Source of the DNA: Cycas panzhihuaensis
Taxonomy: Eukaryota; Plantae; Cycadophyta
Assembly: GCA_023213395.1 (NCBI GenBank)
Contig: CM041465.1
Span: 145,893,741 to 145,957,740, forward strand
DNA: 64,000 nucleotides
Direction of reading: 5' to 3'
Shown in pieces: positions 13,723 to 27,958 of the stretch; the first letter of the stretch is position 1, and each line of letters begins with the position of its first letter. The position numbers were made by a program, and so were the translations under genes. The notes under the pieces are model-generated. The model worked only from the letters and a program-made list of their open reading frames with translations. It was not told the DNA's origin and did no database searches.

Positions 13723-16287
13723 TTCAAATAAGTTTTCATTCATTTATATAGTTACATTTTTAATCTATTAATTGTCACCTTTAATAAGGTCAAATATGAT
13801 ATTTAGTTATCAATATTTATTTATATTTCATAAGTTATTAATTTTATTTTGTCACTCATACTCTTTAATAGTCAAATTGATCTTTTTACTATTAACTTAT
13901 AAGTACTCTAATATAATCTTTTAAAGATGGGGCACACCATCAATTAAAAGAAGTGTTATAATTGATTAACATCAATTTCATAGCTACTTACAATTACAAT
14001 CTAACAAATACTAAATTATAAATTATGGAAGCAAATCGATGGAATCACACTTATAATATTATTAAGGTGATGAACACTAAAGAAATGAAAGACAACTAAG
14101 TTCAAAAAGATATTGTAAAACCTATTACTTAAGCAGTCCATAAAGTAGTTTCAATATCAAATACTCTCTTAAACCATACTTTACATCATATTTTAGGCAA
14201 ATTGACAATCATGGCAATGAGAAAATGGAAGACATGATTGTCCTAAATTTTGAAGATGAAGCGATGAGTTGTTAGTCATATATTAGAAATCACACCACAA
14301 AAAATCATTCAGGTCCTGAGACTACTTAAATTAATTTTAAAAATAAAGCTATCAAGAAATATCTTAAGGACTACCAAAATATAACTCTCGATGAATAGAA
14401 GATAGTGGATTCTTAAGCATATTTTAATTATTTACAAACAATACAATCATAGGAAAAGAAAAGTTTAGAAAAAATTACAATCCAACTTTTTAATATTGAG
14501 CAAAAATCACATGAGCCAAAAGTATAGATTCAATAGATGAAAAATTATTTTCGTCTAGTGGAAATTGAGCCAACAGAACAAGTTGCCTTATCTACCTTAC
14601 ACATGGATGGAATAACATACGAATGGTGGTAATGTCTTGAATGTACTACATTTTAAAATTAATTACCAACCTGGAAAGAACTTGTCTATTTATCTATTGA
14701 ATGATTTAAATCAATAACTAACCATGATTACTATTGTGATTTACAAAAGTTAAAATAAACTGGATCTATAGAAGAATATAACATAGGTTTTATGAAGTTA
14801 AGATATGTATTAGAAGATATTTTGACCCATAAACTTATTCAACTATACATTGATAGTCTGATAACAGAAATCTAAGTCGATGTTAAGATCCAAGAACCAA
14901 AAGATTTTAACAAAGTAATACAATTAGCTGGAATACATGGAGATAAGCTCAATGCATTATGTAAAACTAATTCAAATCACTATATTCTTCCACCTATTTA
15001 GAATAATCTATTACTAAGTACTCAGCATAAACCATCATCGATCAATTTGAATCGACATATCTAACCAATCATTCAAAAGACAAGAACAAAATAAGATGAG
15101 TTAAGGAAAAAAGGTCTATGCTTTAGATGTGAAGAGAAGTGGGGTCTTGGGCATAAATGTCAATAGAACTAATTATATACAATTAGATTATTACTTGACG
15201 ATAATATTTATGAAGAAGAGCAAGAACAAGGGTTAGAAAATAATCAAGGGGATTGTCATAACTATGAACATCAGGGAAGTTACTGTAATCTTGAGGTTAA
15301 CAACCAAAAATGTCATTATCATCTATGAGTAGTTTCACTCAACCAAATACATTAAAACTTCAAGGATTTATCAAAAATCAAATCATTACAATCTTAGTAG
15401 ATTTAGGTAGTACTAATAGTTTTATTGATCGGAGCCGTACTCAATAACTAATGTTATTTCCATTAAGGACTCCTCATTTCCAAGTAAGAGTTAGAGGAGG
15501 ATACATAATATTAGGCTAAGGCGTAGTAGAGAACTTTAATCTCATAGTAAGTAATATCAGTATTATAGAAGACTTTGACATCATTAATATATGAGGTATA
15601 GATATTGTGTTCGGTAGTCAATGGCTCAGTACACTTAGAACTTTTGAGATGAATCTAGACGAGCAATTTATACGATTTAAGAAAGAAGGAAGAATCATCA
15701 CACTTTTAGGAAAAAAATTGACAAAACAAAAAATGATATAACATAAATATATAGATGAAGAAATAGGAAAGCATCATTAAGATATAAAAGCTCAAAATTT
15801 CATGTTCTGGGTAGAAGTTAAACTAATAACTAAAAGAGCTAAAATATGCAAAATATCCCAAAAACATAAAAAACATTGTTAAAGACTTCAAGCACAATTA
15901 TCTTCTAATAAAAGTCTACAATATCCAAATAATATCCTAATGGACACTAATTCAACAAATGATAACCTTCATTTCAAGGATTGTAATCATTCGACTATGT
16001 TTCATGGGTGAAACATCTTAAGGGGGAGGAATTATTACGAATCTCTTTAAGGCTAATTAATTAAATTATTAAGTGATTGGGCACTTTTGAATAGTTACAA
16101 CCTTTCATGGACATGCCTATTCTATACATATAAATATGTGCTCAAATGTAATATTGATCATCACTTATTCTTTTATCAATCAATTATTTGGTTAATTGAT
16201 TATTAATATATTTCTGTATGTGTGTATGCTTTCATTGGCTCTCTAAAACTTAAAATCTATCTTCAGTTACATAATAGGTTTGTAACA
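12996..16287 (+). mobile_element. non-autonomous chromovirus-derived element with gag + protease only (TR-GAG-like)
   Basis: Gag at ~14025-15290 (LHMDG..YEWW, LQKLK*TGSIEEY, KGLCFRCEEKWGLGHKC) and PR ~15340-15710 (ILVDLGSTNSFID, DIVFGSQWL). About 300 bp later come the PPT AAGGGGGAGGAA (16020) and LTR 16033-16287 (TATTAC...GTAACA). No RT/RH/IN. The 5' LTR is mostly missing. Confidence 0.8.
13687..13718 (+). repeat. poly(A) homopolymer
   Basis: About 32 consecutive A in the leader of the gag+PR element. Confidence 0.9.
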
Positions 16288-16435
16288 TATTCTGATCAAA
16301 ATAAAGCTTGTAGACTATGGGATCTGTAGGGGAGAAAATTTATGATTAGTTGGCACATAAAATTTACCAAGTCTATGATGTATCATGCTAAAAAGACGTT
16401 GTCTGAATAATCATCTTACTCCCCCCGGCCCCCCC

Positions 16436-19400
16436 TTATTCTTGCGTTATCTCTAGTCCTAAATAATAGTTTAAGAGACCCAAATCTATCATTTCAAACC
16501 TTTTTTGAAGTTCTTCTTTTATGTTTTTTATTGATTCTTTGTTGTTTCCATTAAGAATCATGTCATCTACATAGACAATAATTAATGTGAGTAGCCCATC
16601 TCTTTTCTTTGTGTATAAACTTGAGTCTAAATCATTTCTTTGAAACCCATTTTGGCACAAGTGTTAATCTAATTTTGCATACCAAGCTTGAGAAGCTTAC
16701 TTTAGCCCATATAAAGCCTTCTTTAGCTTACATACTAGATGCTCTTGTCATTCTTTTACGTATCCTTTAGGTTTTTCCATGTAAACATCCTCTTCAAGTT
16801 CTCCATTCAACAAAGCACTTTTTACATCAAGCTAAAAATTTTTCCATTTAGTTATGGCTGCTAAGGCAATGATTGTCCTTACCATGTTCATCTTGGCCAC
16901 TGGTGAGAAGATTTCTTCAAAATCTATGCTAGGTATTTATGTATACCCTTTTGATATAAGTCGAGCTTTGTATTTTTTGACTTCACCATTTGCTCCTTCA
17001 TTGACTTTGTAGATCCACTTGCAGTTGACCGTAGGCTTGTTTAGAGGCAGATTTACTAAATCCCATGTTGATTTTTGACTATTGAGTCCATTTTACAATC
17101 TATTGTAGATATCCATTCTGACATATGTCTGTCTTCTTAAAAAGATTGTGGTTCTATTCTGCTTAAAAGTGCCTTTGGTTTTTGGCTTCTAGTTTTATGT
17201 TCGAATACTTCTCCTTTCGCTTCTTCAATTGTTTTGATGACCTATTTTGGTAATTTCTTCTCTTCTTTTAAGTTCTACCACTTCTTCTGGTTGATTTGTA
17301 GATGTATCTTCTCCCTCATTTGTGTGAGAGACTAGTTCTTCTGATGTATCGTCTTCAGTGATGGCTTTTGGACTTTCTTTCAATGTGTCCTCAAGTTCTG
17401 CCTTCTTGGTTTCTGCTTTGATTATTTGAATATGAGACTTTGTCTTTTGATTATCTTCTTCATTAAAGATAACATCTCTACTTACATAAATCCTATTTAT
17501 TTTGGGATCTATGCATTTGTAAGCCTTTGAATTTTTACTATATGCTATCATAATACATTCTATACATTTTACATCAAGTTTTGATATTTTTTGATCAGGC
17601 ACATGAATAAAAGCTTGACTACTAAAGATTTTAAGAGCACCAACATTGGGTTTTGTACCTGACTATGTTTCTTTAGGAGTGATATCTTCAAAGGCTTTTG
17701 TTGGACTGTAATTTATCAAGTAGCAAGTGGTGTTAATGGCTTCAGCCTAATATGATTTTGGAAGTTGTTTTCTGTGCATCATGCTGCATGCTATCTCCAT
17801 TAGAGTTCTATTTTTTTTTTCTGCAACCCCATTGGATTGGGGAGTGTAGGGCATTATAAATTGTTTACATATCTAATTCTGTTTACAAAAGCTCAAGAAT
17901 TCTTTTGAGATGTATTCACCACCCCCATCCGACCTGATGCATTTTATCTTTGATTCTGATTCTAGTTCTACTTTTGCTTTGAATTACTTAAAAGCTCCAA
18001 ATACTTCTAACTTATTGTGAAGAAAGTAAACCCATACCTTTCATGTATAATCATCAATGAAGGTAAGAAAACATATACAACCATTAATTGACAGTGGTAT
18101 AAGAGGACCATAGAGATCTGTATGGATTAATTCCAATCTAGATTGAGTTTGCCATTCACTTTCTTTGAAGGGAAGTCGATGCTGTTTCTCAAATTGGCAA
18201 CTATTGTAGAAAAACTCATCAAATGAGAAGTGAGGCAAACCATTCAGAATTTTTAATTTTTCCATCAATTTCAGAGTGTTCATTGGAAGATGTCCATACT
18301 GCAAATGCCACATTTTATTATCAGATTTTACAATAGTACACACTTTCAAGTTTGGGGATACAGGATCTGTAATGAGTTTGTATAAGCCTTCATTTCTTAC
18401 TTCTTTGGCTATTAGGTTCCCATTGTTTTTTATATCTAAAATATGACAAAAACCTTCTTCATCAAATACAGTTCTAAGTTTCTTTTTATCGAGTTGTGAT
18501 ACTGATAGAAGATTTATTTTCAAGTCAAGAACTGGTAACACATTTCCAATTTTTTTTTACATTTCGATGTAGATTAATTACAATGGTACCTACCCCTTTT
18601 ATTGTAAGTGGGTACTTGTCTCCTAGCTCAACTATTTTGTCTGAGTTATATGGTGTCAATATTTTAAACCAATCTTTATGATTGATCATGTTCCTTGATG
18701 CTCTTGAATTTATGTACCACGTGTCTTCTTCTTTAAATCTGGCTAACAATTCTACTACAAAGGCTGTTTCTTCTTCTTTTTCTTCTTTAGTTTTTTCTTT
18801 GCTATAGTTGCCAACGGGTTGCTTCCCTCTCTGGATGTCTACCCTTTTTTTGTGGACATTGATATCGGTAATGTCCTGACTGACCATAATGACAACATAT
18901 ATCGAAGGCTCTACATGTACTAGCAAAGTGTCTAGGCTTACCGCATTTGAAACAAAATCTGTTATCTCTGTTACATCCATGTCCTCTGTAATCCTGCTAA
19001 TGACCAGGATTTGGGCTTCTGGATTCTAGAGTACGTCCCCTTCTTTGCATTTGATTATGTCCTCAAGATCCAAAAGAGAGTCTAGAGGCGAATGCTTCCT
19101 CCAGTTCTGATGATTCTTCATATCATCTATTTCTCTGTTCCTGTCTTAACAGTAAACCAATTAAATCATCAAGAGTTATGGAGTCAATTTGATTATCGTT
19201 TGTTATAGAATTGATGGTGACATCAAAGGACTTTGGAAATTTGTTGGCCACTATTTTAACCAAGGCATTTTTTGTAATATCATCACTTGCACTTAAGAGA
19301 TTATTTCTGAGTGAAATAACTCTGTGCATAAACTCATTCATTGTATCATTTTCTTTCACATGTAATATGTACAATTCTTCCTTTAGAGTTATTATCCTAG

Positions 19401-20589
19401 CTTTATTTTTCTGCCAAAAAAGATTTTAAAAATATTTCCAAATTACTGATGTAGAATTCAACCTTTCCACATAAATGACAAGTGGATATGAAATTGAGAG
19501 CTTTAAGGTGATTACTCCTAAGTTGTCCCTTTCCAGCTAGTCAGCTAATTCAGTGCTTATATCAGCGGGTTTGATTTCAAACCCATTTGTAATTTTTTAG
19601 GTATTTTTAGCCCTTAAGAGAAAGACACCATGAAAAACATAATTAAGTGTATTAAATGCTGCTTGTCTATATAGCGGTATGAAATTTTGCATGGTACTAA
19701 AATTATACAGAATAGAAAAAGAATGGTCTCAAAATCAAGAACTCAAAAAACGGGTATTCAGATTTATAAGTATTTTCTTGAGATTTGATCTCAATTGAAA
19801 GTTATGGCAGAAATTAGGCAAGAACTTGTGTGGCTAGGGTTTTCATGATTTAGGGAAAATTTCCACAAAAAACAGTGATAATTCTTGCAAGATTGGCCTC
19901 AACACTTTCAAAATCAACTAAAGAAGGATTTCAGATAGATAAATACTAGATTTTTGATCAGATTTCTCAGAAAAATGAGAGGAAAACCTCTAAATCTGCT
20001 CACATGAGAAAAGAGGTTGAAAGACCCTCAAAACAACCTTAGATCGAGATGATGTTAAAGTGAAAAATGATGAGGATCCTAAGATCTACAATATGGGAAA
20101 GTTTGAAGTGATTATGAGAACTCTAAATTTTGAGGTCCGTATGACTGTATGAATCCGTATAGACTGATATGCCTTATCTTCAGTGAGCCTGGAACTTGTA
20201 TTTTCCTTTGTCTTGCTGTAAAGCCTTTTCCTTTATTCTATAAAAGATCACACTCTCCAGAATCTAAAAGAACCCTTTCTCAGTCAGGCAGGGTGACCTG
20301 CTCTGATACTATGTTAAAATCAGGCAGAGCGATCTCTTTAACAATTCAGAAAGATGACTTTAGATTCATTTGGAGACTATGTATCTATAAATACAAGATG
20401 GTACCATGACTGTTACAAAGAGTGAGAAGTAACTGACAATTTTGGAGATGACAAGTGTCACAAGTTGTGATGTCAATTGCTTTAGTAAGGGTGTGCACAT
20501 TACCTTTTCAATTGTCCTAGAGATAATACATTACATTCTAGCATTGAAAATTTCATTTCTAAGAACTTTCTCATATAAATCTTGCAACA
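16436..20589 (-). mobile_element. Ty1/copia copia-3, 3'-truncated within RT; relative of copia-1
   Basis: 5' LTR at 20312-20589 (TGTT...CAACA) and PBS rc GCTCTGATACTA at 20300-20311. Gag has QKNKARIITLKEE, as in copia-1. PR WYINSRASRNM, IN LELIHTDLYGP, RT IIVYVDDMI. Stops abruptly at YYLGLEITQE. Confidence 0.92.
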
Positions 20590-23500
20590 CAACTACTAGC
20601 AAAATCTTATGGTACATAAAATACATAAGTATAGAATTGGAAAACTGAAACAATAGCATAATATCAATAGTAACAAGCAAACAGAAAGAGGAGGTTAAGG
20701 AGGAAGAAGAAGAAGTTCATAACTTCCCTCCTGAATATTCAGAGGTAACTTATAAAAATTGGGAGATAGAAGACATACTTGCATACAAAATAGACAAGGG
20801 AAAGAAGGTACAATTTAAGGATTTAAAAATAAAAAAAAAAAGCGAGGGAGGTAGGGGGGAGGGATGAAGAGAACCTAAGGAATATAACAATCAAAGGCTA
20901 TTGGGACGAGCAAATAATAGATCAAACACAAGCATTATTTGAAGAATTCAATGATGTATTGTCATAGTCTTACGAAGGCCTAAAGGACATTCCTCTTGAG
21001 ACAAGGATGCACCACATAGATCTCATTAAGGTTGCTAAATTGTTCAAACAAAGACCTTATCGGATGAACCCAAGGTATAAGTAGAAAGTAAAGGTAGAAA
21101 TCGATAAGATGTTGGAAGCCAAGTATATTTACGAAATTGAGTATAATGATTGGGTCAATCTAATGGTGGTATTCTAAAAAAAGAATGGAAAGATTCGAGT
21201 TTTGTGTTGACTATTGCCATCTCAACAAAGTGACTAAGAAAGATCCCTTTTCCATCCCTTTTATAGAGGATGTGTTGGCAATGGTAGGAGGTAATGAGAT
21301 GTACTCCTTTACGGATGGGTTCAACTGCTATGATTAGGTGCAAATTGTACCACAAGATTAATCAAGGACTACATTCGAAACTGAATGGGGTACTTACGCA
21401 TACAAAATAATGCCACTTAGATTTACAAATACCCTAACCACTTTCCAACATATAGTCCTTAACATCTTTCTAAAAATGATTGGTGAAAAGGTAGTGGTCT
21501 TTCTTGATAATTGGATATTATATATAAATTAAGAACCATTTGGAGAATCTTCAAGAAATGTTATACAGATGTTGAGAAAATAAGTTATGACTTAATCTAA
21601 AGAAGTGTACTTTTATGGTACCATTCAAAAGTTTATTAGGACATATCTTTAGCAAGGAAGACTTGCTAATCGATCTTGCCAAAATGTTGACAATATTAAA
21701 CTTTCCTATTCCATTCACCATGAAACAATAAATTTTTTTTTTTTGGATTGACAGGATAGTATCGAAGATTTATCAAGGAACATACCTTTATTTTTGGACC
21801 TTTGGAAGAGTTTCTTAAAAAATATATTGATTAGGAAAGGAAAATGGAGCAACAAAAAGCATTTGAAGCTTTGAAAAGAGCAATTGCGATAACACCAATC
21901 CAAAGGTTTCTCAATTGGAATAAAATGTTTTATGTCTACATCAACGCCTCACAATTTGTAACTGAATGTGTGTTGGCCCAACTTGGTGAGAAAAATATTG
22001 ATCATTCGATAACATTTTCTAGTAGGAAACTGACTTGAGTAGAGTAGAATTACACAGTAATATAGAGGGTAGGATTTGGGGGATGGTTTACTCATTACAA
22101 AAGTTTTGACACTATCTTCTATCAAATTTGTTTATATTTTACGTTGACTATCAAACACTGCTATATTTGATTAATAAACCACTTCTACAAGGGAGGATTA
22201 ACATATGGCTTATGTTGTTTCAAGACATTTAAGATTATAGTAAAACTTGGAAAAGCTCATGTAATATAAGATCAACTATCTAGAGTTAATAATGGAGAAA
22301 AAGCAACGAGAGTTGCTAATGACTTCTTACATACCTACTTGTTTAGAATTGATGTAATTATGGTAAAATGGTATGAGGGAATACCAAAAATACTTATCAA
22401 CTGAAGAGTTGCCATGAGGATTGGAAAATGCAGAAAAAAGACATAGTGAAAAATGCAGAGCCCACCAACTCATACAAGGAGAACTCTATAAACTTGGGGC
22501 CAATGATGTATTAGGGTATTGTATAGCCCCCCATGAAGTTGAACAAGTGATTTCACAAGCACATTTAGGGGTGGTAGATGGACATGTGAGTTGAGAAGCA
22601 ACTTGCAAAAAAATACTACACAGGATTATGGTGGCCAACATTGTTTGAGGATAGAAGAAATTGGGTTAAGAAATGTGACTATCATCAGTGGATTGAGAAA
22701 CCGTGCTACCAAGATTTCTAGCCTCTTAATCCTATTCTACCCTTGGCTCCATTTGAGAAATGGGGTATACATTTTATTAGCCCCATACATCTTGCTACTC
22801 GGAGATCATAAGCAAGATATATATTGGTTACTACAGATTACACAACAAAGTGGGTGAAAGCAAGGCCATTCAAAAATGTTGATGCTAAGAGTAAATCATG
22901 ATTCTTATTCGAAGCAATTATAAAAAGATTTGGGTGTCTATTGAAACTAGTGAGTGATTAAGGTTCCCATTTCCTTAATAATGTCATTTAGGAACTCACA
23001 ATATACTACCCACATGTGAATGGCCAAGTAGAAAGTTCCAATAAGATTATTAAGAATTGCTTACAAAATATTTGTGATGTCGGACGATTTAACTGGGTAG
23101 GAAAATTACTTTTAGTATTATGGGCCTTCTGAACAACATACAAGAGGCCTACTAGTCAAACTCCTTTTGATTAGTTTATAGATTGGAGGCAATAGTTCCT
23201 TATGAATTCAAGCTCCCCAACCTTTGTGTAGTCCTTGAATGTTGTTCGGAAGATGAGGATTCACTTTGTGAAAGATTACTTCAGTTGGAAGAAATGAGGC
23301 AAATGTCAGATTGGGCATAAACTATCGAGAAAAAATGATAGAAGACATGGCACAATTGCCACCTACATTCACTTCAATTCACAGAAGGCAATCGAGTGTA
23401 GTTGTATGATGGGAAATTCAAAATATATCCAAGCAAACTAAAGATGTGCTAGTTAGGACTTTACATTATCCAACGAATATTCTAAAATGGTTAAGTTTAA

Positions 23501-25994
23501 CTAAAGGAACCAAACAAACAAACACTGCAAAAAATAGTCAATGGTAGTAAGTTGAAACCCTACTACCATTAGGCTTTATCGACACTACTAGAGGAATCAA
23601 TGGTTGTACCATATATATACTATATGAACTTGAGGGCAATCAAGGTTGTTCCAGTATCAAGAAAATGATTCCATCTTGATATGTAAAAAGAAAAATACAA
23701 AAATAAAAAATAATTAAAAAAAGTAGAAAAAACAACCCATAATTCATCATTAGAGATTTATTAACATTGAAAAATCGAAACAAATTGCATACGTGGGTAA
23801 TAAAGTCCCCAAAAAGATTAAAAAAAGATAGATAATAGTGAAAAAAGCCACAATTTAAGCAAAAAATGATCAATTGTTAGGCATTCCAGTTGCATCCCAC
23901 TTGTGTTCCAGGAAGTGTCCCCAAAGGCGTTCACAAGCACCTAAGGTGCAGGCATAGAAGCATCTCATTAAGGAATGCTTCTGCGATAAAAATACCATAA
24001 AAACTAAAAACTCAATGAAAATTTATCATTTAATGTTCTAGAGGAAAGAGTCTAGAGTACATGTGTTCCATAATAAACAAAAAATTAGAAGCATTCAACC
24101 ATGGGCACAAAAGCATCCCACATCAGAAGTGTTCCATGCAAAAGTGTCCAGATAAGCTTCCCATCATTGGTAAGTAGTTAGCATTAAAAATTTTCCAAAA
24201 ATGAAGTTGAAATTATAAGAACTCTATTTGGCACAATTATCCAATGATTTTGCCATAATGAAGAAAGAGTTTAAGGAAACAATAATTGGTGCTAGATGGA
24301 AGTGTTATGAGTTGTTACCACCCCTCTATTGGGACAACACAGTCATGCAAAACATCATTTTATTACTAAAAGAAAACTTAGACAAAATTGAGATATCTAT
24401 CAACCTAATTGGGAGAATCATAAAATTGCCTAATAATAGAAGAATTCCACTAGGAGAAAAGAGCACAAAAGTAGATAGGGAAGAAGTTTATGCATTGTGT
24501 AAAAAGAATGTTAGAACATACACAAGGGGGAATAAAAATTGATGACCTAGTGGACCTAGAGTTAAAGTGGCTAGCCAAAGTCTCTGTCACCTGATTTTTG
24601 GGAAAGAAAAATATACTTATTGCCTAACTAGCATCCTTACTACCCTTTAGTAGGTGCAAGAGGGTCTAAAGTTAAATTGGAGTATATGCTTGGCAACTTC
24701 ACTTCAAAGCGAATTTTAAAAAATGATAAGAGTAGAGGCAACCTTTAGACACCCTTTGTTGTTGCTAAGGGTATTATTTACCTAAACTCCTATAACATGA
24801 CCAACTCAAGCAAAGATTAAGGATGGGTGTGCACTAATGCAACAATGGAAAAGTTCATTTCTGATGAATATTGACTCAATAGAGACCAAACAACTTCTTG
24901 TTGCCTTAATTAGGCACATTATGTTATGGTTTTAGGGTGCTACACACACTATACATCCTCATCAGCTAAAGAAGAAGGCAAGCAAACAAACGTGATAAAT
25001 GATTGTATCTGACACAAAATCCGTAGAGGAGACCACCCCACCATAGACAAACACAGGTGAGGGCATTTCCCAAGGTATGAGAAGCATGGAAGATGAAATC
25101 CAATAGATAAAATAATGGTTGGATGAGTTTTTGGAAACCTAACAATAATAAAACAACAAATAACATAACTTTAACAGGAATTGAAGGATAAGACAACTAA
25201 AGTAGAAAATTTGATAAAGATAAATGAAGATATGATTGAGTTGGCACGATGAAGAGATACTCAAATTGGTGAGCTATATGAGCAACTTGTGAGAAAAGGT
25301 GGGAAAAGGTTACCCACTAGAAAATAAAAGATTTTGGCCAAGGAAATTTTTGGTGATGTTGAGAAAGATGCTCAAAACATTTGTTGACCTTTGAATAGAT
25401 GTATGTAGTAGATTTTGATCTAGGATTCTTGGAATCATTGAGGGGCAACTCCAAGGATAGTGGACGGTTGAAATCTCAAAAGAAATGAAACATTCCAATG
25501 AAATTCAATAAAGGGGCAATTAGTAGATGGTTTTAGGATGATTTCGATATATAAGGGATGGTTTCAGGTTGTGGGGAACGGTTTTGAAGGACTTTAGGGA
25601 CAATTAAGACTATAGTGGAATGGTGGATGGTTTTATGCCTAAAAGCCATGAGCTGTGATTATGCATACATATCTAACAATATTAATTATTGCTAATTAGG
25701 GTTTTTGTGTTATGAATGGTTAAGAGTGATGTTGTAAAAGTTGTACCCTTTTAAATTTTGGCCATGTAAAAGTATATAAAAGGGTCATTTCTCCTATTAG
25801 TTCAATGGAGAGAGTCGAAGAATTGAATTTTATGATATGTTCTCAAGGGTGAGAGTTAAGCAATCAAAGTGATGTAATCTTCTATATAGTGATGATAATA
25901 AAATATATGAGTTACAAGGAAACACTTATGCAACTATATTATTGGTATTGGTTGCTTCTAGTGTGATGATTGCTATGTTGTAAATTACTACATA
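20590..25994 (+). mobile_element. non-chromovirus Ty3/gypsy C (RT-RH-IN, 3' accessory ORF, 3' LTR), 5' half missing
   Basis: QRPYRMNPRYK*KVKVEIDKML and YSFTDGFNCY (RT); FYVYINASQF and SRKLT (RH); PFEKWGIHFISPI and VNGSKLKPYYH* (IN, ends ~23571). LTR-like segment at ~25727-25994 starting TGATGT. Confidence 0.88.
24200..25650 (+). pseudogene. accessory ORF of unknown function downstream of integrase in gypsy C
   Basis: ORF 24228-24542 continues after a frameshift as GIKIDDLVDLELKWLAKV…VQEGLKLNWSICL…FRHPLLLLRVLF, then a charged, coiled-coil-like tail. A homologous segment occurs in gypsy E. Confidence 0.65.
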
Positions 25995-26001
25995 TGTTAC
26001 A

Positions 26002-27958
26002 GGTGTTTTGAAGTGTAATTGATGCCAAGAAGGTGAAGAGGACACAAGATGGATATGTTATAGAGTAGTTTGGAATGTTGGTGGGCTGAGTATTTGTCAA
26101 AAGTAGCAAAGCTTGGAACAAATTAGAACCCCCCTTGAATGATTTGTTAGGTTGTTTATAGAGCAATTTGAGACTATAACAGATATTGACTACTACTAGG
26201 AGCTAAGAATAAGGTAAATATGCCTAGTAGAGGAGTATAATGAGGATTTCTCTACATTAGTATATGTAGTGAACGATATTTTTGAGGACATGGAAATTCA
26301 ATTATACATAGATGGATTCTCCATAGACATTTAGGTAGATGTTTAAATTGTCGCCCCACAAAACCTAAATAAAGTTATGAGTTTAAATTGCAACATTGAA
26401 AAGAAAGCCAACACCCCATGTAACTCAAAACAAAGCATCTATGTTCTCCCATTTACATGAGAAAGCAAAAGTAGAACTTGGGACACTGAGGGACCTAGTA
26501 AACAGATAGCTAGGGACATCAATCTTAGGATACCAATACTATGATCCAAGACATAACAAAAACTTAGAAGGAAGGGATTATGTTTTAGATGTGGGGAGAA
26601 GTGGGTTCCAACACATAAATAAAATAGAAATAAACTCTTTATAATAGAATTAGTAGTAGTAGAGGATAATGAGGGTGATGAAATCAAATTAGAGTCCTTA
26701 TAAGAAACCTTAAATGTAGAAGAAGAAGCTTCTTAAATGTCCTTCTTAACGATGCCAAGGTTGATAAGGCCCAAAACACTTAAGTTATGAGGTTACATTA
26801 AGAAGGATCTGGCAATAATCCTAGTTGATCTTGGGAGCACTCATAATTTTATGGATCAATTTGCAACCCAATGCTTAGAGTTATTTCCAACTAGGATACC
26901 CAAGTTTCAAATTAGTGTTGGTGGGTGGATTGAAACATTAGGTTGACGTAAGCTGAAAAAGCTTAAGTTAAAGGTTGGAGACATAACCTTGAATGATAAT
27001 TTCTACATCATAGAAGTAGGTGAAGTAAATATAATGCTAGGATACCAGTGGTTGCAAACACTTTGAATTGTTAAAATAAACTTAGGTAAGCTCTTCATGT
27101 GATATAACTGAGGAGGAAAACAAATTGCATTGCAAGGGCATTATTCAATAGAAACAAAGGTAGTGTTATTATATCAAATGGAAAAACTCATTTATAAGGG
27201 ACACACAGGTCTAATAACCCAATTGCTCTTTCTATAAATAGAAGTTGAGGAGCAAATTAAGGATGAATTATAGGTGTAAGAAATAATAAATAAATGTGAG
27301 GAAGCTTTTCAAGACCTTGCCATAGGATTGCCTCCAGATTGTGGAATGGAACATATAATCGAATTAGAGCATGGCATAAACCCTATCATAGTTAAACCTT
27401 ACAAACATCCACATCATTATAGGAACAAGATTAAAAATTTAGGACAAGATTGACCAAACTATGAGGCAATAGTATCGAGTAAATGCCTGTTTGTAGCACT
27501 AGTTGTTCTGATTAGGGAAAAAAAGATGGGTCATTGAGTCGATTATCACACCCTTAACAAAGGTATCATAAAAAGTTACTTTCCAATCCTAAGAATTGAC
27601 AAATTACTAGATGAGCTCCATGGAGTAAAATATTTAATAAAAATTGACCTTCGTTCAAGATATCACTATATTAGAAGAGGACACTCCAAAGATAATATTT
27701 TGTACTTATCATGGCCATTATTAGTTCAAAGTGGTACCTTCCAACCTCACCAATGGTCTAGCCATATTCCAAGCAATGATGAATAGGGTTCTAGCATCAC
27801 TATTGTGAAAATTTACATTTGTCTTTTTTAATGACATTATAATATATAGTAGAAAGGAGCACCTGATTCACATTGAGAAGGTCCTAAACCTACTATGAGA
27901 AGATCACTTATTCATAAAATGTTTGACTTGAAGTTTCAATGGAAAGAGGTTGAGTACC
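26002..27958 (+). mobile_element. chromovirus relic D (gag-PR-RT fragment)
   Basis: RRKGLCFRCGEKW..H (gag), ILVDLGSTHNFMD (PR), FPILRIDKLLDELHG, KIDLRSRYH, VFFNDIIIYS, EVEYL (RT). Confidence 0.88.

Noticed and set aside
24200-25650. env gene call for the accessory ORF
   Set aside because: No convincing signal peptide or transmembrane segment is visible; position alone is insufficient.
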